From Eledone cirrhosa (lineage: Eukaryota): a DNA stretch of 64,000 nt. Positions 52,401-64,000 of this stretch are shown here, in pieces. The notes under the pieces are model-generated. The model ran no database searches and was not told where the DNA came from. It saw only the letters and a program-made list of their open reading frames with translations. Every line of letters starts with the position of its first letter. Within the stretch, counting starts at the first letter, position 1. Both the position numbers and the translations under genes were made by a program. The stretch spans positions 14,694,001 through 14,758,000 of the forward strand of contig OZ024742.1 in assembly GCA_964016885.1 (NCBI GenBank), read 5' to 3'.

Positions 52401-52984
52401 AGAAGCCACATACATGGAGACACTGTCAACTGTACATTGTATGACATTTCTGTTTGTGGGGAGTAGAGTGTGCCACAGTTGGTGGACTGAAACATCATTT
52501 GAAAGTGCACCAAAAATATCAATAACAAGACACTATGACAAGAAGTCATTTTATTTCAGCTAGAAGCAGCTACATTAACATATTGTTACGATAGAGGGAA
52601 ATATTATATTTTAAAGTGATCATACTTTAATATTTATGAAAGTTGTAGCAAAGGATTTCAATATATTTTACTGATAAGATATGGAAGAAATATTTCTAAA
52701 GTAACTTTTCCCTTGTTTGTAATAGCTGTCATAGCTAATTCTGAAATAGTAAGAAAGATGAAATATTAGTATAGACAGATAAAATATTATTTTACATTAT
52801 ATTACATTACATTTAAAAAAGAGGGGGGGGGGGTATAAATAAAGTACTAGTAACACACTGGAGTCAATTTAATCGACTTTCACCGACCCCATGACCACAA
52901 ATTGTTGGCCTTGTGCCTGAACCAGAAACCATTATTGACAACTTATATAGCAATAGTTGACAAGAACTATATACGTGTTGTATT

Positions 52985-53157
52985 TTCATTGGTTAATGTG
53001 TAACACTTCCAAGAGTCTCCAGCTATAAATTATATCATCCAACCCAACAGAGAAATATTAAACAATCTGTAAAACTTGAAAACTAACTGTGATAAAATTG
53101 TGACATTTTCTCCACTAAACACCATCAACTCTACTTTGACTCTTTTACTCAGTAAGT
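52985..53157 (+). promoter_or_regulatory. Promoter (TATAAA 53024) and exon 1b (ends 53151) of the third gene copy
   Basis: Duplicate of 19750-19922. Confidence 0.55.
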
Positions 53158-54848
53158 TGACTTCTTTCCATCATATTTCTTCACCTTGGAATTTATATAT
53201 TTGTTTATCTACTTATTCATTTATGTAAAATGAAATACACACAGACACATATATACATACATACACACATACATACATGCAAACACTTTTATGCGCACTG
53301 TATACACATATACACTGCCCATACATGTATGTATGTATGTATGTATATTTGTTTCTCTCTCTCTTAATTTCGAGTACATTTTTGACCGGCCACCTTCCTG
53401 GTGGCAAGGTTGGAAAAGAAAAGAAATGTTCTTCCGGTTTTGTAATTTCACAAATTTTTTATTAATAGAGAGAGAGTGGTTTCTAACATAGTTACAAGAC
53501 TCTTTCATTGGAATTTACACATCAACTAGGTAGATATGTCTGCATGTCTGCATGCATGTGTGTGCAGGTATGGATGTTATTGTATATGTGGATGTGTATG
53601 TTTTGAGTTGCATGTGTGCATGTGTATATGCTTTGCATCTGTACATGTGTATATGCAGTTATTAGATGCAAAATTTTTGGAATGTTTTACATATTTTTAC
53701 AGTTCCATTAATGGATTGTACTTGTAATTTCCTAACTAGTTGTGTTCTTTCTGTTCCCGTGAAGCCTAGCTTCTCAAGATTTGTATTGGAGCAGTTACTA
53801 ACATACCCCAGTGCCCCAATAATCACAGGCATAAATCTGAAGGTGTAATCAGGGTGGAGTATCTGCAGATTTCTCATCAGTTATGCATAAATATTCTCCT
53901 TTTCACTAATCTTTGATATTATATTGGCATCTGCTAGGCAGCTAATTTCCAGTACTGTGCATGCCTTCTTTTCCCTGTCCCATATCATAATATCTGGTCT
54001 GTTATGCCTGCATTTTATTTGGGTTTTTATTGGAACATTCCACCAGTACTCTTTCATATTATGTACATGGATGTCTTCCACATTGCTGTAGCTTTTAATG
54101 TGTTTATTATCAGGGCTATCTTTTTTTTATGGATTGCATTGTCCAGTGTTTTGGCCACTACATCATGCCTCATAGGTTGATAGTACCGCGATGACATCTT
54201 TGGACAGCTGCTGATGACATGAGTGATATCTTCGATGTCAGTTCTGCAGAGTCTGCACTTGTTATCACATCTAGGTGTTTTGCCTGCATCCCTATCTCTT
54301 TTCAGGTATTTTGTGTTAATTTCCTGTTCTTGGATTGCAAAAGCGCATCCTTCAAAGTGGGAGCCAATATAGCGGTTGTTGGTCCAAGATAGACTACTTT
54401 CCTTAACTATATTACTCTCACTCTGGAGATTCCTGGTAACATATGCATGCATGATTTTTTGCTGATAAGCATGCAGTTTTTCATCCATGGATTCACTGCG
54501 ATACTGCTGAGCGACTTCCCTGGGTGTGAGTTTTTGATTATCACACAGGGAATATCTCTCGAGGAGTTCCTTCCCGACTCTCATGATCTTATCTGTTTCA
54601 TGCAGATAGACTTGCTTGAGAGACGGGCTCCTACGCTTCGAGGTTTGTAGATGTTGTCGGAGGGATATGATGCGACATTCAAATGCTGTCTGGACTGATG
54701 TTAGGCCTCTGCCTCCCTGTTTATGTTTCAAGTAAAGGCGGTTTATGTCACTGTTGATGTCACTGCTTTCTTCTCCCTGTCCCATATCATATGTATGTAT
54801 GAATGTATGCATGTATGTATGATATATGTATTCATGTATGCAAGAAGG

Positions 54849-54920
<72 letters not shown>

Positions 54921-57900
54921 TCTATCTATCTATCTATCTATCTATCTCTATCTACTTATCTATCTATCTATCTATCTACCTATCTATCTCACCAGTCTGT
55001 TCAGTAGGACTTTCCGCCCGGGACCTATGGACAACTTCCAGAGGTCCCTGGCCTGGCATCCTACCGAGGACCTCTACCCGTTCGAGATAAGATCTACAGG
55101 CACGGACACCCCAGCAGGGATCCTTCCAAGAGGACGTGTACAAGATGCACGCAGGACATTGAAACAGTCCTGCACGCAATTCTACACTGCCCGGGCATAA
55201 CCGACCTGTGGAACTATGCAGAACAACTGCTGTCGCGTATGGGACAAATCCAGTTGACTGCCGAGTCCATAGTAAGGATCAAAGCGCCAGCCTCTTTCAA
55301 AAACAAAAGAGAGGCGGTTTTCCTCTGTACGGTGGCTATGGTGAAAGAAGTTATATGGCGGACGAGGTTGAGAGGACTGGGGACAGATGCCTTTCTCTCC
55401 GGACAACAATTGATTCCCTTCTTTAAGTATCATTTTAGAAGGAGAATCAGAGTGGAGAGAGAGAGGCACTGCACCCCAGTAAATTTACTGAAAGGTGGGT
55501 GAATGAAGCGAAAATGGCCCGAGTGATTGGGCCTTCTCTGATTATAAGCCTGTAGGTTGAGGAAGAGAGCAAAAGGAAGAAGGGAGCACTTGCACAACAC
55601 GCTCCTGAAGTTGAGGGTTGTTCTATCGACGGGGTATTAAACAACCCATTTGTGGCGCCTCTCCCCTATTGGGGATTTCGATTGTTATAATTGTTTGTTT
55701 CATATTTTTACACGATTGTATGTAAAATGCCCGGCATGTCTTTGTTTTGTCCCCTTTTCTTGTGCGCCCTTGAGGCTAATAAAGAAATATATCTATATTG
55801 TATATAGTTTATTGTTATCCATTATTATTGTTAAATATAGTGGTGAAGTGGATTGGCAGTATCGGTAGAGAGTCGGACGCCATGCTTTGAAGCATAGAGT
55901 TACGTCCCTTTACGGACTGAGTTCAAATCCCGCCGAGGTTAACTTTGCCTTTCATCCTTACGGGGTCGATAAAATAAAGTACCAGTAATGTACTGAGTAA
56001 TTGCTGGCCTTGTGCCAAATGTAGAAACAACTATTATTGTTAAAGATTTTTATGTAAAAACCCCGCCGTCACATCTTGTAATGTCCCATTTTTGTACGCC
56101 CTTGTGGCAAATAAAGAAACCTATCTATCTATCTATCTGTCCACACACACTAACATGCACTACCAGACCTATACATACATTATATATGTTTATTTTGATA
56201 TAGAAAAACCTGGAATGTGGCTCCAACTCTATTGTTGATTCTGATCTCTGTCATGTAATCGTAAACATACTTAAACATAACCTCCTGTTTACTTTTCATA
56301 TGACAAACATATAGCTTTTCTATTGCCTTCTATTCTTCTTTCATAAATAACATTCTATGTATGTAACTATGTATGTTCTTCTGGTTTTATAATTTCACAA
56401 ATTTTTGCCAATAGAGAGAGAGTCGGTTTCTAACATAGACACAAGACTCTCTCATTGGAATTTACACAATATCAACTAGGTAGATTATGTATCCATGCAT
56501 GCATGTGTCGATATGGATTTTATTGTATGTATGGATGTGTATGTTTTGAGGTGTATGTGTGCATGTGTATATGCTTTGTATCTGTACATGTGTATATGCA
56601 GTTATTAGATGCAACATTTTAGGAATGTTTTACATATTTTTACTGTTCCATTAATGGATTAATCATCATCATCATCATCACCTTTTTACGTCCGTTCTTC
56701 CATGCTAGCATGGGTTAGACGGGTTGTCCTGTTGTGGGCAGTGTCTGGTCGGCTGATCATGCCTTGCTCATACAGGAACTGATTTGGCTTGATTTCTACA
56801 GCTGGATGCCCTTCCTAACACCAACTTTATTTACAGTGAGTGCTGGGTGCTTTTTTTCCGTGGCGCCTCCACGTCCACTTTACAGTGTGGGCTGGGTGCT
56901 TTTTTGCCGTGGCACCACCTCAACCACTTTGCAGTGGGAGGGTGTGGGGGCATATTGTCTATATGCTTCAGCTTGTACCCATGGGAGGTCGGGTACTCTG
57001 TATTACTGCGTGACTCCAGAGGTCACGGTCGTGTGTCATCGCCTTTGAGAGGTGTAATTGTGTAAGGTCGGCTTTTATCACCTCATCCCAGGTCTTCTTG
57101 GGTCTCCCCACTCCGCGGTTTCCATTGACTTCTAGTGCTCTGCACCTTTTTATGCAGCTGTCATCCTTCATACGCATCACATGTCCATACCAACGCAACC
57201 GCCTCTCCTGCACACAGCATTTGATTCCTCTTATGCTCAGTCTCTCTCTCAATTCATTTATGCTTTGCCGTTCGCGTATATTACTATTACACATCCATCG
57301 GAGCATGCAGGCTTCGTTTCTCTCTAATCTACGTAAGTGTTCCACCTTTAGTGCCCAGGTCTCACTACCATGTAACATTGCTGTTCGGATACACGCATCA
57401 TACAGTCTGCCTTTCATTTTGAGGGAGAAGCCTTTTGCAGCTAGCAGTGGCAGTAGTTCCCTGAACTTCTTCCATTCCGTTCTTACCCTAGTTATTGTAC
57501 TTTCTGAACACCCACCTCCGCTGCTAATTCGGTCACCTAGGTAGCAGAAGCTGTCTACTGTTTCTACAGAGCCCTCCCAGAGATTGGTGGTACTTGTTTC
57601 CTGTGGCTGTTTGCTGCTTGCTGTCCCAGCACAGCTGCTACATGTGAAGCCTACATTCTTAATTAAGCTTCCTGAGATCCCGCTACATCTCTTGTGTACC
57701 CATTGTTTGTATTTGGGGCAGAGAATGGAGTTCCTACCTACCCCTTTCCTACATACTGAGCAATGCCATTTCCCTGAGGGGATCTAGGTTCTGTTTTCTC
57801 CTCTACTTACAAGGACCTTAGTCTTTGTCATGTTGACTTTGAGACCCTTTCTTTCTAGTCCAAGTTTGGAATTTCTTCTCTAGTTCTACCATAGATTCAG

Positions 57901-60900
57901 TTATAAGTGCGAGGTCATCTGCATACAGGAGTTGCCATGGGCATACGGTCTTAAACTCCTCCGTTATTGACTGCAGGACTATGATGAACAGGAGAGGGCT
58001 AAGAACAGAGCCCTGGTGGACACCAACCTGTACGCTAAATTCCTCGCTATACTCATTGCTAATCCTAACTTTGCTGACTGCTCCCCTATACATGGCTTGT
58101 ACAGCTTTCACAAGCCATTCATCTACTCCTAGTTTTCTAAAAACCCACCAGATTATAGCACGTGGAACTCTGTCAAAGGCTTTCTCGAGATCGACGATTG
58201 CCAGGTAGAGTGGCTTACTTTTAGCTAGTTACTTTTCCTGTAACTGCCTCACAAGGAAGAGGGCATCAGTGGTGCCTCTTCCTGGTACAAACTCAAATTG
58301 CATCTCATCTAGTTTCACTCAGTCCCTAATCAACTGTGCTATAACTCTTTCTGTTACTTTCATGACCTGGTCCATCAGCTTTATACCTCTATAGTTTCCT
58401 CTATCTAGTGCATCACCTTTACCTTTGTAGCAGTTGACAATGATGCTACTGCACCAATCTTTTGGTATGACACCTTCTAGTATTACCTGGTTAACAATAC
58501 GTGTGGTTATAGTGTGACCTACAGAGCCAGATGCCTTCAGCATCTCGGCAGCTATACCCGATGGACCGGTTGCCTTCCCCAGCTTCATATCTTTGATTGC
58601 CTTACTTACTACGCTGCTGCTGACTTGTACTGCTGGCCCCTCTATAGGGTCTACTTGGGGTAGGGTCTCTTCTTCCCATGCATTCTCCTCATTTAGTAAT
58701 CTATCATAATGACTCTTCCATGCATCTTTCTTCTCAGCACTTGTGAGGGCAAGCTCACCTTTATCATTCCGGATACACTTCTCTCCAATGACATCACAAT
58801 TCTCACTGACACACTGCCTCGCAATCTTGAACACCTCCTGTTTCTGGTCCTCACGTTGCAAAACATGCTTGAATTTTCTATCCTCTGCTTCCCTCCTAGC
58901 TAAGTATACTTGTCGCCTAGCTTCCCTCTTCGTCTCTATGTAATGTACCCTGCTTCCCTCGTTCTTCCATTCTTTCCATGCATGTCTCTTGGCCTTAACT
59001 GCCTCATCTACCTTAGTGTTCCACCACCAAGTCACTCTCCTCCTGCTTGTGGTCTTGTACTTGTAATTTCCTAACTAGCTGTGTTCTTTCTGTTTCTGTG
59101 AAGCCCAGCTTCCACCACTGTTTCTGTGAAGCCCAGCTTCTCAAGATTGTATGTATGTATGTATGTATGTATGTATTTATGTATGTATTGATGTATGTCA
59201 GGTCACCAGTTGGTGCTACTGGTAACATGTATCCCAGTACAACCTGTCCCATAGTCGGGTCGTTGGCGACTAAACTGGCAACCCCACCAAGGTTTCTTGG
59301 TGAGGAGGGTGACTTTGGACATCCTGCAGGACTAAAAACAAAACCTGTCAAAGGGTAAAGGAGCTCTTAAGAGTCAATGGCCATCCAAAATCACCGGGAG
59401 AGATGACCCCTTAGCCTTTGTCAATGCAGAATTCTAGGAGAAGGAAAACTCTGATATAATACCTGCAACCCTGATGGTATCCAATGATGTTGACTTGTTC
59501 TTCTTTTTGGTAAATATCATCTTTGTTAAGAGAGTGGAACTGGCTTTGTGCAGTGCCTTTGCTCACTATAAAAGCTTCACGGCACAGGCATTGCTTTCTA
59601 TCTGGAGATCTTTCTGCACTTGGTACCATGGGCCCAGCACTATGTGTCAGTAATTGTCACAAGTGTAGTGTTTGTACCAGAATTTTCAAGTCGCTGGCTG
59701 GACTAAAAAGTTACACTCGTTCAGCGCTTCGGTAGGGGTTCTCCTACATGGATATAAAGTAGTGGCCGTACTCGAGAACGAGTTGGCAGCCAACATGTAT
59801 GTATGTATGTATGTATGTATGTTATGTCAGGTCACTCTTGAGTGCTACTGGTAACATGTAACCCAGTACAATCTGTCACATGGTCGGGTCGTCGGCAACT
59901 AAACCGGCAACCCCACCAAGTTTACTTGGTGAGGAGGGTGATTTTGGACACCCTGCAGTACAAAAAACAAAACCTGACAAAGGGCGGAAGAACTCATAAG
60001 AGTCAACGGCCATCCGAAAGTGTGTAAATATGTATATACACATGTACCGCGCGGTTAAACCACTGGGAGTGAAGGACCCCTAGCCTTTGTCAGGGCATTC
60101 TTCTAGGAGAAGGCAACTCAGGAAACTGGGATAACTCCGATATAAAACCTGCGGCTCAGTAGTTACCGATGATGTTGATCTTTTATTCTTTTCGGGTTAT
60201 AGCTACTGTCGCTCAGAGAGTGGGATTGGCTCATTGCACAGTCTTTCTTCACTTTAAAAAATATCTTCACGCACAGGCATTGCACGATAGAATTAATTAA
60301 TAATGGTATATCATGCAATGGCCATACTCGAATACGAGGAGGCAGCCATTTTAGATCATTGGCTGGCAAGACATTTTAGATCATTGGCTGGCGAAAAAGC
60401 CACATTCGATTGCAGCACCGTTAATTGTTATTGTGTTTATGTGTGTGTGTTTGTGTGTGTATGTGTATATGTATATATAGATATGTATATGTGTGTGTGT
60501 ATATATATATATATTTTTTTTTTTTAATTATTATTATTATTATTATTGTCGTTATGTTTTTTTTTTTCGTTTTTTTTTTCGTGCAATGGCTATACTCGAT
60601 AACGAGGGGGAAGCCATCATGTATGATGTATGTATGTATGATGTATGTATGTATACATGTATGTATGATGTATGTATGTATGATGTATGTATGTATACAT
60701 GTATGTATGATGTATGTATGATGTATGTATACATGTATGTATGATGTATGTATGTATATGTATGTATATATGTATGTATCTCTAGGAGAGATGACCCCTT
60801 AGCCTTTGTCAAGGCAGAATTCTAGGAGAAGGAAAACTCTGATATAGCACCTGCAACCCTGATGGTATCCAATGATGTTGACTTGTTCTTCTTTTTGGTA

Positions 60901-62250
60901 AATATCATCTTGGTTAAGAGAGTGGGACTGGCTTTGTGCAGTGCCTTTGCTCACTATAAAAGCTTCACGGCACAGGCATTGCTTTATATCTTGAGATCTC
61001 TCTGCACTTGTCGTCACATGGTACCATGGGCTCAGCACTATGTGTCAATAATTGTCACAAGTGTAGTGTTTGTACCAGAGTTTTCAAGTCGCTGGCTGGA
61101 CTAAAAAGTCACACTCGTTCAGCGCCAATGTAGGGTTTCTCCTACATGGATATAAAGTAGTGGCCGTACTCGAAAACGAGTTGGCAGCCACCATATATGT
61201 ATGTATATATGCATATATGTATGTATATATGCATGTATGCAATGGAGGTAGATGACATACCCATTTAATCATGCCTGGTTTTATATTCTGTAAGAGCAAG
61301 GACTGAGCAACTGGCAAAATTGTGCTCAATGCTCTCAAATTTGTCATCAAAGTCTGCACTGTGTGTCTCCCCCATTGTACAAGACATTAGCTTGAGAGTT
61401 TCAAGTGAGGGGACTCTAATGTTGAACCATTTGGACATATCCTTCTGTTTCAGCTTCCAAACCAGTGTTATACAGCCACTGATGGCTTCTTATCATATCT
61501 ATCATACATCAGCTGCCCCAGAACCATTGTTTTAGAGATCTCTACAATGACAGGATCCTATGGAAACCTCAGCCATTACAACCATGACCATCCCTTTGTT
61601 TTAGAGATCTCTACAACCACAGAATCCTAAGGAGACCTCATTATGTTTGTTACTACAATATATTTAGAATATCAACATGTGTATATTGGGGAAATATGAA
61701 ATTTGAAATATGTATGTCCCATCTAAAATGACCATAATAATAGTTACTTATTATTACTTACTATAATAGTTGAGAATATCAGGTAAAGTACCGCTAGAGA
61801 GGATAAAAAAAGGACAGTGTCACCTCCAAGGAAACAAATGTCACATGAAGGTCACTTTACCCAATATTCTAAACTATTATAGTCCATCTCGAGACTGGAG
61901 ACTCATCAGGCCGGTACTTATCCCAGTTTCTGTGACATGAAGCAACTGAGAGTACAACATTCCCCTGGACAGGATACTAGACCATCACAGGGTTAAACTC
62001 CCAGTACTCATTTTCAGCTGAGTGTACTGGAGCTACGTGAAATGAAGTGTTTTACTCAAGAACACAACACACAACCCAGGAATTGAACCCACAACATTAT
62101 AATTGTAAGTCCAACACCCTTACCACAAGGCTATGTGCCTCCACTATTCATTTATAATGATTAACTATTATTATGGTCATTTTTGTTGGGACACATATAT
62201 TTATATTGTTTCCCTTAATCTTTATTGATAATGTTTTTATTTCTGTTTAG

Positions 62251-62446
62251 ATACAACCATCAAAAAAGTAATCATGTGGTATATTTTATTGTCAATGTTG
62301 TTGTTGGCTGGCTCAGTGGAACTTGGCTCAGTACCAGAGAAAAGATGTTCGCTTGATTTGGGAGCATGTAAAACTGACATTACTTGCCTTAATGATTGGT
62401 TTTATTGTAAATGCAGCCCATTTTCTAAGCCAGAAGGATTTTGTTT
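62251..62446 (+). CDS. Exon 2 of the third gene copy (ATG 62274)
   Basis: Same protein sequence and splice sites as 29003-29198. Confidence 0.85.
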
Positions 62447-63578
62447 GTACGTATTCCTATATGAGACATTCTAAGTGAGACCTTTTTCAAAATAACAGAG
62501 GGTATATAGCTACAGAGACACTCTATCTCTCAAACACACACACACACACACACACAGAAACACATAAACACATACAACTTACCCAATAAAACGACCAACT
62601 ATTGAAGTTGACAGTTAAAAGGTGAAAGAAGCAATCAAAAAGATGAAGAATGGTAAAGCTATGAGATCGTCAGAGATAGTTGCTGAGATGCTAAAAACAT
62701 CAATCAGGTGATACAGGACAGAGTCATACCCAATGACTGGTACAGCAATACAAACTAGTAACCCTACATAGTCAATCAGGTGATACAGGACAGAGTCATA
62801 CCCAATGACTGGTACAGCAGTACAAACTAGTAACCCTACATGTCAATCAGGTAATACAGGACAGTCATACGCAATAACTGGTACAGCAGTACAATCATAA
62901 ATTGCTACAAGGGTAATGCTCTAGACAGGAGCAACTATAGAGGAATAAAACTATTGGACCAAGTTATGGAGGTGACAGAAAGAGTTATAGTGCAACTAAT
63001 TAGAGACTAAGTTAAATTAGGTAGAACTTGGTTTCATGCTGGGAAAAGTACTACAGACACCTTTTTAATGAGGCAACTAGAACTACAAGAGAAGTTCCTA
63101 GCCAAGAATAAACCGCTGTAACAAGCTACTTGCCTTTGGCGTATTTATAAAATATTTGTGTGTAATTTGGCTAAGTCAGGCCAATTGTGAGCCGCGCACG
63201 AATATATATTATCAACTTCCGCCCAAACAAAGATTTTCCCACTTCTTTCGTATATATTCTCTCTTGCTGCTTGGACTTTGAAAGGAAAGGACATTATTAT
63301 GTAACGGTGAGATTTTCACTTTGGCCTGTCGGCCTCCTTGGGGCTGGCACATACCACATTCACTTCTTAACTCTAAATTGTTTGTTCCTTTGTTTGACAT
63401 GACAACTCAACTTAACTCTTTGTAATTAGTTGTGAAAATGTTAACGAAGACTTTACGACCAATTCCACAAACATTCGCTTCTCTCACACTTAACAAACCG
63501 TTACCTTAAAACAAAACCACCCACTGCTATACTTTAGCCTAACAAAAACCATACCTTTGCTGCTATGACAAAAATACA

Positions 63579-63663
<85 letters not shown>

Positions 63664-63853
63664 GTTGTTCTTTGAGTCTCAGTCATTGATGTTATTTAAC
63701 TGGAAAGTTTGTTGAAATGAATATCAAGCCGCTAACTGCAGCCTCAGACATTCAGGACATATCGGAGGGTTCTTGCTGTTCCCAGCAAGCATGCCTTTTG
63801 AAGTGTTCCAAAAAGCGGGGCTGGACTAATCTTCTTTAACCATCCTTGGAAAC

Positions 63854-63901
<48 letters not shown>

Positions 63902-64000
63902 GAATGCCATGGTTGACGGAGGCTCGGCTCTGTAAGGTATTGTAAATTTTGACCGCTATAACAATTATAAATTGTTTAAAACTTTAACCAAATTGTAGAC

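Overview
AT-rich eukaryotic DNA, mostly transposon debris and microsatellites. The SINE and RTE/R4/Tx1 families resemble those of octopod cephalopods (inference from recalled sequence). The window holds about 1.9 units of a near-identical head-to-tail tandem repeat: offset 33281 bp at the start, about 33248 near 29 kb, and 32044 after a copy-specific 1.2-kb segment. Each unit carries one + strand, 4-exon gene that the ORF track does not assemble. Its parts are a TATA promoter with non-coding exon 1 (about 19813-19916, paralogous copy at about 13157-13260), exon 2 (29003-29198), a 43-nt exon 3 (42951-42993) and exon 4 (44911 to about 45095). Spliced, it encodes a 73-aa prepropeptide: MWYILLSMLLLAGSVELGSVPEKR-CSLDLGACKTDITCLNDWFYCKCSPFSKPEGFCLRSTLILGRQPTCCQI. 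It has a signal peptide, a KR site and an 8-Cys mature region with beta-defensin-like motifs plus one extra Cys pair. Parts of three gene copies are visible (3' half, complete, 5' half). The rest is nested Tx1/L1, RTE, R4/Dong, mariner, maT, LTR, SINE and MITE sequence. The gene model is read from splice signals only and needs transcript confirmation.
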